A stretch of 64,000 nt of DNA from Vicinamibacteria bacterium (GTDB lineage Bacteria > Acidobacteriota > Vicinamibacteria > Marinacidobacterales > Marinacidobacteraceae), in NCBI GenBank assembly GCA_965116805.1, contig OZ220713.1:145724-209723 (forward strand), written 5' to 3'. Shown piece after piece: positions 49,512-58,175 of the stretch. Within the stretch, counting starts at the first letter, position 1, and the number at the start of each line of letters is the position of its first letter. The notes below the pieces were generated by a model. That model was not told the origin of the DNA and did no database searches. It saw only the letters and a list, made by a program, of their open reading frames with translations. The translations under genes were made by a program, and so were the position numbers.

Positions 49512-50104
49512 TCAGGGCTCCTGACGGATCCCCTGCACGAACTCCACGTATGTCACTTCCCCGTCCGGGAAGGCGATTCGCCACCGGCCGTGTCGCTTCC
49601 CGTCCACGAACGGCCCCTCGGCTACGTTTCCATCGGCATCCCTGGTGACCCACCGTCCGTGGTTCTTCCCAAACCGGAACGGGCCCTCATCAACCCAACC
49701 GGTATGGTCACGGATCACCGACTCGCCGTGCGGCTGCCCGTATCGCCGGTTCCCTTCCCCTCCGGCGCATCGCGCCGCTCCAGGATCCGATCCACGTCTT
49801 CCAGCAGCGCTACCGCCTCGACATATGACTCCGCTCACCTGCTCGTAACCGTTAGGTATTCGGTGACGGACTCCTTCGCCGTCGCGAGCAGCCCCACGGC
49901 AAACGCCACCCGCGCGTGCTGGAAACGGAACTCGGGTGGCAACTCCAATTCGTGCTCTGTCGCGAAGGCGAACGCCTCCTCCATGACCGGAACCACCAAG
50001 TCGAGATCGCCGGCCTCGACCAGCCGCTCGGTCCGGAGGAGAAGCTGGTCCAACAGGACTTCCGGCGGAAGCTGGAGTCCACCCGCCGGTGTGACCTCGA
50101 ACAC
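49512..50104 (-). pseudogene. Decayed, internally deleted and frameshifted paralog of the MORN-repeat protein gene (51886..53298)
   Basis: ORF 49835..50104 matches residues about 20-105 of the 470-aa protein ('LPPEV.LD.LL.R.E...A.DLD.....M..A.A...E..LE..P.F.F.HA..A...G...TA..SVTEYL'). ORF 49512..49838 carries three MORN_2-like units ('EGPFVDGKRHGRW'). No signal peptide. The two pieces are in different frames. Confidence 0.4.
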
Positions 50105-50421
50105 TAGGGGCGCCTAGAAACGTGCCAACAGGCCGAGTCGGTTCTCGCTCACGGCGCTCAGCGCGGTCCGATGTGGGGTAAAAGGTGTATCGGTGGGTAG
50201 CCGCATACGCGATTCACTCGGGCGTGGCTCTACCCGCCGCTAGAGCGATAGGGCTACTCTCCCGGCACGGAGCCGGTGCGGTAGAGCTCGCGAGTCTGGA
50301 CGACTCCCCTACTCGACATCACGACGGGGACGCTCAGGAGTACCTGGGCACGGAGGTCCGAATCCAGGTTAGAGGACGCAGCGAATAGTGTGGTGTAATG
50401 CGTGTACGACCTGCGTAACGA

Positions 50422-50961
50422 ATGGAGGATAGTGCGATGCCCGACGAACCAAGCTCTCAGCAACTTGAACAACTGCCTAGACACATGAAGCACCTTGTGT
50501 ACGTGCTCTGCGCCACGCTCCTCTTGTCGACGATTGCGGTCGTCGTCTATGCCATCGTGATGTCTTTCAAGATTGGGCTAGCTAAGAATGTCTTACCCGG
50601 AGCTGACGCCGGATTCATAGCTGTGACGGCTGCAATCTTCGGCATTCTCATTACCGGCGTCTTCGTGTTCATGACCTTCCGCATCGACCGCGGTGCAGTA
50701 ATCGAGGCTCGTTCCACCGCACTACGGGAGGCCGGGAAGGTAACGGAGTCTGCAAGGACCGAGGCACGAAGGGCGGCTGAGCAAGCGATAGTGGAGAAAA
50801 AGGCAGAAATGCTGAGGGAGGCCGGGCAAGCTAGTGAAGAGTTCGCGCTGAGTATCGCGAACAGGCTGAGGGAACACACGATTACAGTTCTACAGGAAAG
50901 GAATGACAACCTTGCTTCGGACATTCCGAGACTTACCGCAGAGGACGCGCGGAACGGCTAA
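50422..50961 (+). CDS. Hypothetical membrane protein (2 TM helices plus charged coiled-coil tail), low-GC foreign composition
   Basis: About 50% GC with A/T-rich codons, unlike the 70% GC host. Two hydrophobic helices, then 'EARSTALREAGKVTESARTEARRAAEQAIVEKKAEMLREAGQ'. Confidence 0.45.
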   Translation: MEDSAMPDEPSSQQLEQLPRHMKHLVYVLCATLLLSTIAVVVYAIVMSFKIGLAKNVLPGADAGFIAVTAAIFGILITGVFVFMTFRIDRGAVIEARSTALREAGKVTESARTEARRAAEQAIVEKKAEMLREAGQASEEFALSIANRLREHTITVLQERNDNLASDIPRLTAEDARNG

Positions 50962-50984
50962 CCTGTTGGTACGCCAAAGCCATG

Positions 50985-51278
50985 GAGCAAAACGGGAAGA
51001 TCGATCTGGGTGCGAGGACCGTCGAATCGGCTAGACGGTTCCTGACGGGATTTGACTCGGCTAACTACAAGGAATTTCGCAGGGCGCTGAGCGAGGTCCG
51101 CCCGCCGGGCGGTGCGGACGCGGGGCCACTTCCCGAATGACCGGGCGGCAACCAAGCTGATCTACCTGGCGCTGCGCGACCTCAAGAACGGATGGCGCGC
51201 GCCGCCGCTGTTCTGGCACCAAGTGCGGCCGGAGTTCGCGATCCGCTTCGGCGAGCGCTACGTGCTGGACGGCTCGTG
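50985..51278 (+). mobile_element. Remnant of an IS256-family (mutator-type) transposase gene, C-terminal about 95 codons, frameshifted
   Basis: Translation gives 'FPNDRAATKLIYLALRDLKNGWRAPPLFWHQVRPEFAIRFGERYVLDGS*', the hallmark IS256 transposase C-terminus. The upstream piece is in another frame. The N-terminal about 300 codons are absent. Confidence 0.55.
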
Positions 51279-51885
51279 AGCGGACATCGCGATCCCCGCT
51301 CCGTACCTGTCGGCGCTGCCCTGATGGCGCGGATGGACAGCCCCCGGAGATCGCTCCCGGACCCAGCCCGGCGGCACACGCCAACGGGGGTTCGGACACT
51401 CGGGACCACCGTCCCGACCGCAACCGTTACTGTAGTGAGATCCGGGCGGACCCATCAGGTCCGCCCAGAACGGCCCAAACACGGAAGTTCTGACAGTCCC
51501 TCACCGGGTCGGTCCGTCACTGCGTTCGCGTACGCGCCGACGCATCACGTCCAGTGCACGCGCAACGTCGCGGTGAGCGTCCTGTAGTCCTGGGCCAAGC
51601 TTGTCACCTGCCCGTCGAGCCGCTCGAACTCCTGCCGCAAGATTGCGTTCTCCGCTGGCTGCCGCTCGATTCGCTGCCGCAAGGCTTCGATCTGCTCGCC
51701 TTGCCGCCGCTGTTCCAGTTCGTAGTGCGTCAGGTCAGAGGCGCTCCTCGAACGAGACCGTCAGGAGCGCGCGCCACCGTGTTCTCGACTCCGGCGAGGA
51801 ACGCCGCCCACTCCGCCGGCTAGGGCAGTTGAGACTCCGTACGGGCATCCGGCGCATCGAGAAGGCGGACGGGAAGCCGCTGCAG

Positions 51886-53298
51886 TCAGTCTCGTCCTAG
51901 GTTGTAGTAGCTCCGCGGACAGCGACAATCGCTCCCACCTCTTCCGGCCATGGCCTCGAGAAGGTCGCACGCCTGCGCCATCTGTTCACGAAACAGCCCT
52001 ACTTTTTCCGGAAGAACCATCCCCATAGTGAACTGGCAGCGCTTCAGTTCAGCGTCCAGCGCATAGAAGATCAGATGATCGGGTCCCCATTGCCCACCGA
52101 CTCGTACTTCGCAGTACGAGAGTCTCGTGTTGTTCGGATCGAATGCATCGGGATTGTTGGGAAAGCCGGGAATCTCACATGCGCCGGTGGTAGCGGAATC
52201 GACCCTTGGCTGGCCTTGGGAAGTACGCGTCCTACCGGCGCTCGTGGCTGACGGGCTGTCGCGAGTGGTGCCTTGATTTGTGGCGCCCGGGGCCGGAAAG
52301 TCTTCCTGCACATCCTGCCGTTCCCAAGCGCCCGGCCTACCGTCCACGAACCTATTCTCGTAGGTGGATCCGTCTTCCTCCTTCAGCACCCAAACTCCAT
52401 GGCGCTTTCCGTCCACGTAAGGCCCTTCTCGCGTGCGTCCGTCCGCACCCTCCTCCACCCATTGGCCGTCGCGCTGTCCGTCCACGTACGACCCCTCGCG
52501 AATGACTCCGTCCGCATCCTTCTCCACCCAATGGCCATCGCGTGTGCCATTGACGTAAGACCCCTCCTGAGTGCTCCCGTTCGACAACTTGTGTACCCAA
52601 CGGCCGTGCCGCTCGCCGTCCACATATGAACCCTCCTCTAGAGTTTTTCCCAACAGGCCCCGGTGCACCCACTTGCCATGCCTCTTTCCTAACCGGAACG
52701 TTCCTTCGTGCCCTGCATGGCTGACTCGATCTCCAGCCCGCTTTAGTCGTCCCGCCCCTGTGGCTCGGCCTTCCGAACAACCACCCGTCCACTCAAGCCT
52801 TTCATCGGTGCCAAAGAGAAGACGCTCAGGTATGACGGACTTCGGTATCCAGATGAAACAATCCGGCCGCCCGATCAGTGCCATCCAACACGCGGATGCT
52901 GCCGCTTCGTGACAGTCGGGTCCAACGCGGGTTCTAAGGCCATCTAGTTCTTCCAATAGCGTTAGAGCCTCCCAATAGAACTCCCCCTCCCTGCCGACAC
53001 TCTTGAGGTATTCCGTTACCGATCGCTCCGCAGTTTCGATGCGACCTGCCTCCAATGCCATCTGCGCGTGCACGAAATGGAACTTCGGGCGAAATTCGAG
53101 GCCGTACTCTTCCTGAAGGGCCAAGGCTTGCGACATCACGGCAAGCGCACCGTCGAGATCGTCAGCGGCATTCAGCGTTTCGGCTCGCACCAACAACCGG
53201 TCCAACTGCACCTCTGGCGGTAGCTGGCGTCCACCCACCATCCCGCCGATGCAGAGCGACAACACCAAGAAACGAACTACGTTCTTCGTTGTTTTCAT
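51886..53298 (-). CDS. Secreted MORN-repeat (MORN_2 variant) protein
   Basis: Signal 'MKTTKNVVRFLVLSLCIGGMVGG'. Six tandem 'EGSYVDG.RHG.WV.K..DG' units. About 58% GC. GAGAAGG SD. Start overlaps the stop of the HU-like gene. Confidence 0.6.
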   Translation of the reverse strand: MKTTKNVVRFLVLSLCIGGMVGGRQLPPEVQLDRLLVRAETLNAADDLDGALAVMSQALALQEEYGLEFRPKFHFVHAQMALEAGRIETAERSVTEYLKSVGREGEFYWEALTLLEELDGLRTRVGPDCHEAAASACWMALIGRPDCFIWIPKSVIPERLLFGTDERLEWTGGCSEGRATGAGRLKRAGDRVSHAGHEGTFRLGKRHGKWVHRGLLGKTLEEGSYVDGERHGRWVHKLSNGSTQEGSYVNGTRDGHWVEKDADGVIREGSYVDGQRDGQWVEEGADGRTREGPYVDGKRHGVWVLKEEDGSTYENRFVDGRPGAWERQDVQEDFPAPGATNQGTTRDSPSATSAGRTRTSQGQPRVDSATTGACEIPGFPNNPDAFDPNNTRLSYCEVRVGGQWGPDHLIFYALDAELKRCQFTMGMVLPEKVGLFREQMAQACDLLEAMAGRGGSDCRCPRSYYNLGRD

Positions 53299-53600
53299 AC
53301 CTTCTCATCCGACAAGCCAAGACGGGGAGATGTAGCTCCCGACAGTGCACAGGTGCCCAACAATCGGCTGACCGCCCATCCTCGGGGACGACTCACCGGT
53401 TCGTCGGTGCGCGGGTTCCGCGCCTTTCCCGTCTTTCGGGGGGCGGCTTGGAACACCCCGAACCTCCGCAGCACCATGTGGTCGCCGCGCTGAGGCGCTG
53501 AGCCAAGGTTCTCGAACAGCGTCTCCACCGCGCGCCGCGCGGCGAAAAGCTCCAGATTTGCTACCTCTGTGGCCCGGTTGATGAGGTCCGTTTTCACCAC
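53295..53600 (-). CDS. HU/IHF-family DNA-binding protein-like
   Basis: 'VKTDLINRATEVANL..AVETLFENL..GDHMVLRRFGVFQAAPRKTGKARNPRTDEPV' follows the HU pattern (K-T-ELI...GD.V.L.GFG.F....R..RNP.TGE). GTG start. The C-terminal 30 aa are atypical. Confidence 0.5.
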   Translation of the reverse strand: MVKTDLINRATEVANLELFAARRAVETLFENLGSAPQRGDHMVLRRFGVFQAAPRKTGKARNPRTDEPVSRPRGWAVSRLLGTCALSGATSPRLGLSDEKV

Positions 53601-53716
53601 GACGGTTGGATCTTATGCGGCATGCGACCCGTAGTTCACCCGCGATCCTGGAGCCGGGCGGAAGGTTACGACGGCGGGTCCGGCCAGGAACACGGCCCAG
53701 AGGTCCATTGCGCCGC

Positions 53717-53745
53717 TATAATAAGTCATTGATTTATCCCGGCAA
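53717..53745 (-). promoter_or_regulatory. Candidate sigma70-type promoter for the HU-like/MORN operon (-35 TTGCCG, 17-nt spacer, -10 ATTATA on the minus strand)
   Basis: AT-rich stretch containing TATAAT on the plus strand, equivalent to ATTATA on the minus strand, with TTGCCG 17 nt upstream. About 110 nt upstream of the HU-like start. Confidence 0.25.
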
Positions 53746-54115
53746 TACGGCCCGTCTCAGACCCGTGTTATCACTTGCCTTATCATGTTTTCGTTTGCCG
53801 AAACGCTCGGGGCCATCGGGGAAGTAGCGAGAATGCTCACGCGCAAATGCGCTTGATGGTGTACCCAGCGCACGGCAGGAACGACAACACGGGCGACAGA
53901 CGTCAGGGAGGTCAGGAGTCGGATGTGATGAGGTTTGAGCGCAGCCCCGATGACCTCGGGGCTGCGAAATCGGCAGTAGTTGCCGATCGCCGCTACGGAT
54001 CTCCTCTCCGGGACGTTCCACGTGGTCCGGAACAACTGCCGTTGCCTCGCCGCGAGGCTGTCGCGCGCCCTCGGTCTTCTTCACGCTGTACGCAACAGCG
54101 AGAGAAGCACGTACA

Positions 54116-55456
54116 TTGCCGCAGCGGGAGACCACAAGGGTGCCCACCCAAGACTATCCGCTCGGCGGAAACACAGGAATGACCAAGAGAAAGAAGAAGA
54201 CTCGGGACCGCGCGGGTGACCTGTCGTTTGTCCGAGCTTTCTTACGGCAGCTATTGAAGGACAGCAGCTTTAGCTCAGACCCTCGCGACATGCTTAGAGG
54301 TGCCTCATGGTTCCGGGCGGCTGAGGGTATTCTGACCCTCCCTTCAAGCGAATACAGAGAGTACAAACGGGTTCTCACCCGGTTAGACAAACAACTTGCC
54401 CCGGACGACGATCTATCTCGTGCCGCCATCGAATCTGCCCTACTCGATGCTGTATTCGCAACCGTGGACATTCCTCAAAGCAGAAACTCCGATGCACAGA
54501 TCCGCATGGACGAGGCTGTCGCGGCGATTCAAGAGCTCGCTAACAGAAAGCTCGAGACCTACGAGTGCTGGCTTAAAGTCGGCGGTCTGGACAAGCGATC
54601 GCTACCATCAGCCTTCGGCCGCATCCGATTCGTTGCATTCACCAACTACCAACGTCGCCAGCTCCGCAAGAGGTTCAAAGCCAAACAACGTCCCTTCTTG
54701 GCTGCCTCAGAAGAGCGCCTCTTGGGCTCCAATGTTGCCATAGTGAAGTGCGAAGCCCGTGACGTCAAGGCTGCACCAGCATTGGCCGAAAGGGCGCTTC
54801 AAGCAACCATCGAGTGCCTAAACTTCTTTTCCGACCTGCTTGACTACAATCATGGTTGGCTGTTCCTACCCGGCGAAGGTGAACCAACACTTAAGACGAG
54901 GATCGCCGTCGACGGGAATGGGGCCTTCGTTAACGAGTCACACGCTACCGGACCGATTGGAGGGTACGCAATCGCAAGGCTCCGCTCACAAACCGGCATT
55001 AAGCGTGCCGTCAAACGAGTTAGTGCTCTACTCCAAGGAGAGAGCACGGCCGTTGACGCACTCTTGCTGAGAGCGGTCCGCTGGGCAGGACGAGCTACAG
55101 TTGCACCCGTGCGCGAGGAGGGGTTCATTCTGAACACGATCGCGTTGGAATGCATCGTCTTGCCCAGTGTGAATCAAGGTGAGTTGAGCCACAGGTTTTC
55201 TCAGAGAATTGGAAGAATGCTGTCGAGGACGGTTCGTGATCGGCGTGAGTTCCAAAGGATGGCGACAAGACTCTATAACGTTCGGTCAGAAGTCATTCAC
55301 AGCGGCGCCTACCGCGTGAGTGAGGATGATGCTCACAACATGCGACTCCTCACAAAGCATGTGATACTCACACTGTTAACCGATTCGAGCGTAAGACGTT
55401 TTGCGAAGGAGAAAGAGCTGAATGACTGGTATGAGGACAGGATGATGGGAAGCTGA
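54116..55456 (+). CDS. Hypothetical protein with C-terminal HEPN-type Rx4-6H motif (candidate RNase effector), low-GC
   Basis: About 53% GC. C-terminal 'RLYNVRSEVIHSGAY' matches the HEPN R-x4-H motif in the Abi_2/RiboL-PSP style context. N-terminal 300 aa unassigned. Starts: TTG at 54116 (GAGAGAAG SD) or ATG at 54179. Confidence 0.45.
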   Translation: MPQRETTRVPTQDYPLGGNTGMTKRKKKTRDRAGDLSFVRAFLRQLLKDSSFSSDPRDMLRGASWFRAAEGILTLPSSEYREYKRVLTRLDKQLAPDDDLSRAAIESALLDAVFATVDIPQSRNSDAQIRMDEAVAAIQELANRKLETYECWLKVGGLDKRSLPSAFGRIRFVAFTNYQRRQLRKRFKAKQRPFLAASEERLLGSNVAIVKCEARDVKAAPALAERALQATIECLNFFSDLLDYNHGWLFLPGEGEPTLKTRIAVDGNGAFVNESHATGPIGGYAIARLRSQTGIKRAVKRVSALLQGESTAVDALLLRAVRWAGRATVAPVREEGFILNTIALECIVLPSVNQGELSHRFSQRIGRMLSRTVRDRREFQRMATRLYNVRSEVIHSGAYRVSEDDAHNMRLLTKHVILTLLTDSSVRRFAKEKELNDWYEDRMMGS

Positions 55457-55536
55457 TCGCGCTGGTAGGAAGTCTACTGTCGAGTTGACTCATCGGTGCA
55501 CGGTCTGCTGAAACGGCACGTCGGAAAGAACCGCGA

Positions 55537-56559
55537 TTGGAAAATCGGTTCCAGAAACAACTCCGAGGTCTGGAACATCGAAACACAATGTCATACCGGT
55601 ATCGTGACGACGACGATCGGCCCTTCTTTCTGAACGCAGGACACTACATCCAAGCGCATCAGATCTGTAGGGATGCCGTGAGTTCGGCCGACCTGCGCTC
55701 GGGACAGCCGCCAACAAGAGTAGGCGACGGTCGATTGTTGAGTGGAGTAGGGAACCCCAGGATCGCAGAGAAGAATCGACTGCTCCCCGTTGACGGGCAC
55801 TTCTCGTTCTATAGCGATCTCTTGGGATTCACCATGGAAGTGTCCAAGGGAGGCATGGATAGCCTACCTGACTACTACGGGGGAGCGGTCGTAGCTGCTT
55901 CCGGAAGTCCGAACGTCAAGGTTTATCTGCTGTCCGACACGTGCGTCGCAACGGCCTCTGCCGAGAACGCCGGCGAGTTCGTTGAGTTTATTTCCCTAGT
56001 CGTTTCTCGATGGCTTTCCGATGGCCTCATTCCTCAGTGTCTCATTGGGCACGGCAGCTTCGTGGAACGCAAGCCCTTTCCCCGTTTGCAACTTCAGAAC
56101 TTTCTTGGGACTCAGATATCAGGCACGGCCATATCTGACGCCGTGGGGCTCTTGAAGCGACATAAGCCTCTGGGTTCCAGGATACTGGTGTCAGAAGCTG
56201 CCTACCGGCACTGGCCGGCCAATACACGGGAGCTCGTAGGGCGAGATGGGCAGATTCGAGAGTTTTGGCCAGAACGGCCCTTGGGGGAGTACGTCTTTGA
56301 TTGCCTCTACTACTTGCTGTGCCTTCGAGAACATGAACCTGGCACGCGTCCATTTGACCATTACGTCTGGTCATTCGCATCGAGAGCCAGGGCCGGAGGC
56401 GACGCCGTGCGAAGGCTTGCAAACACTCTTGCTGCACCCTATTGTGCTGACGGTCACCACGAGGCAGCCCTCCACCAGATTGACCACGTAGTGCGACTCT
56501 ATGAGACTGCTACATCTTCGTCGGAGTTCAAATGCACGTCCGACCAGTCGGCGAGGTGA
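55537..56559 (+). CDS. Divergent class III nucleotidyl-cyclase-like (CHD fold) protein
   Basis: 'FSFYSDLLGFTMEV' fits F-x-D-[IL]-x-GFT (first metal Asp). 'KVYLLSDTCVATAS' is similar to K-x-I-GD-x-Y-M-A. 'CLIGHGSFV' is similar to R-IGIH-x-G-x-V. 'GTAISDAVGLL..PLGSRILVSEAAY' is similar to G..VN.AsRle...pg.I.vSe.t. The Asn/Arg transition-state pair is not conserved. TTG start with GGAAAG SD. Confidence 0.35.
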   Translation: MENRFQKQLRGLEHRNTMSYRYRDDDDRPFFLNAGHYIQAHQICRDAVSSADLRSGQPPTRVGDGRLLSGVGNPRIAEKNRLLPVDGHFSFYSDLLGFTMEVSKGGMDSLPDYYGGAVVAASGSPNVKVYLLSDTCVATASAENAGEFVEFISLVVSRWLSDGLIPQCLIGHGSFVERKPFPRLQLQNFLGTQISGTAISDAVGLLKRHKPLGSRILVSEAAYRHWPANTRELVGRDGQIREFWPERPLGEYVFDCLYYLLCLREHEPGTRPFDHYVWSFASRARAGGDAVRRLANTLAAPYCADGHHEAALHQIDHVVRLYETATSSSEFKCTSDQSAR

Positions 56560-56676
56560 ATGGAGTCCCCGCGCATCTCATCGAATGTGTCATGTGGTGT
56601 TCGGCGCCGAGGCACTACGCCTCGCGGACTGCCTCGAAGAGCTCGGACGGGCGGGCCAGAACCTCGTATTCCGCCA

Positions 56677-57303
56677 CTAGACGGATACAGGTGATTGCGC
56701 CGATTGGTTGGTGGGTTCGGGGCGCGCGGCGAACTGGTTGATCCAGGCAGCGACGTTGCCGAACCGGGCGTGAGAGAGGTGGATGGCGCGCGCGACCTGG
56801 TAGATGGAGAGGCCGCCCCGCGCGAGCAGACGAACGAGATTCTTCGTATGGATGCAGGCGAAGATGTGCCAGAGCTGGTCGCGCTCCACGGGGGTGAGCT
56901 CGGCCGCGCGGAAGATACGGCCGAGCGCGGCGCCATGCGGGCGGTTCGGATAACCCGCGAGATAGCTGGCGGAAAGACCGGCAAAGAACAGGTCCGGATT
57001 CTCTGGTGTGACGGGCGGTGTGGCGCGGGCGCGAGGATGATCGAAGCAGCTCAAGGGAAGAGGGTTGCGGGGAAGGCGTCTCTCAGGATTGAAACCGAAG
57101 CAGCGGGCGGGTTTGTCCGGCCCGCCGACGAGAGAGCCGTGTTCGCCGAGGCCCTCAGCTCTCGGATCGCCGGCCCGGAGGAGACATTCCTCGACCGCTT
57201 GGCGTTCGGCCGCCGCCCACAGTTCTTCAGGAGTCGATTCGTGTGCCGGGTCATCGGGCGGAGGATGGAAGTAGAAGTGACGGATCTTCACGACATCGAG
57301 CAT
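56677..57303 (-). CDS. Hypothetical protein; possible partner of the AbiEii-like nucleotidyltransferase, C-terminal HTH-like segment
   Basis: 13 nt downstream of the NTase gene on the same strand. 'LSIYQVARAIHLSHARFGN' is HTH-like. Protein-like composition (W, Y, F, H), unlike the plus-strand antisense ORF. Confidence 0.35.
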   Translation of the reverse strand: MLDVVKIRHFYFHPPPDDPAHESTPEELWAAAERQAVEECLLRAGDPRAEGLGEHGSLVGGPDKPARCFGFNPERRLPRNPLPLSCFDHPRARATPPVTPENPDLFFAGLSASYLAGYPNRPHGAALGRIFRAAELTPVERDQLWHIFACIHTKNLVRLLARGGLSIYQVARAIHLSHARFGNVAAWINQFAARPEPTNQSAQSPVSV

Positions 57304-57315
57304 TGTTGTGTGCCC

Positions 57316-58047
57316 TCAGCGTTCCCAGGGGGTGTCGGTTCGGAACGATCGGGACGGCACCCTGGAACGGAGTGCGTCCGTGATGATCTCATCAGTGATG
57401 CGGACGGCGTTGGAGGCGGCACGGCGGCTGACCGGTCTGATGAGTGGCTGGCCATGGTTTGCCAGCCAGCGGTCGGGCAAGGAACGCAACTGCGCCTGGA
57501 TCGCCCGGAGATCGGGAGTATCGACAGCGCATAGCGCGGAATGGAGCGAGCCGGGCTCGCGTTCGCTGGCGATGGCCAGGTCGTAGAGGTCGCGCGGGAG
57601 GAGCCGCCCCTGCAGGAACATGCGGTAGTGGAGCTTCTTGGCGAGTATCTCGGCGGTTGCTTCCAGGTGGACAGGGGTGTTGCGGACAGTGTCCGAGGAC
57701 GCCGGAAGCCTAGTGAGAGGGGGGCTGGTGGCGAGGGTCACTTCGCCAAGCTGATCATTCTGGCGGAAGTGGATCGTGGCGAGCCCAGCATCGATATCGA
57801 CGGCATGAGCGCCCAGATGGCGCTGTACATGATCGCGGAACGAGAGCCGTTCGGTGAAGAGGCCTTCGTAGGGTGCGGGCCCAATGAAGAGATCCACGTC
57901 GGTGCTGTGACGGTGCGCCCACCGGGCAGCAAGCGCCGTCCCGCCGCCGAGCCGCATGTGGTGTTGGCCACCAAGGTAGTCGCCAAGGGTGCCGCGCACG
58001 GCTTCGAAGAGTTCGGCCGGGCCGGCGGGCAGGTCGTATTCCGCCAT
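57316..58047 (-). CDS. Nucleotidyltransferase, AbiEii/DUF1814 family (type IV TA toxin-like)
   Basis: N-terminal 'LGGGTALAARWAHRHSTDVDLF' is the AbiEii GGTAL...R.S.D.D signature. 243 aa. Confidence 0.55.
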   Translation of the reverse strand: MAEYDLPAGPAELFEAVRGTLGDYLGGQHHMRLGGGTALAARWAHRHSTDVDLFIGPAPYEGLFTERLSFRDHVQRHLGAHAVDIDAGLATIHFRQNDQLGEVTLATSPPLTRLPASSDTVRNTPVHLEATAEILAKKLHYRMFLQGRLLPRDLYDLAIASEREPGSLHSALCAVDTPDLRAIQAQLRSLPDRWLANHGQPLIRPVSRRAASNAVRITDEIITDALRSRVPSRSFRTDTPWER

Positions 58048-58175
58048 CAGACGCTGCTGGTGTCCTCGTGGGACATCGGTGCGGATCCCAAGCGACCGTT
58101 ACCCATGATAGCGCCCCAGTCTCCAGGAGACTTCAGGCACACTCCCGCTCCGACCGGCGGTAAGCACACGGATGC

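Noticed and set aside
56695-57534. 279-aa plus-strand ORF across the AbiEii-like locus
   Set aside because: Low-complexity G/A/R/E/D composition. The minus-strand ORFs carry the GGTAL nucleotidyltransferase motif and balanced aromatic content.
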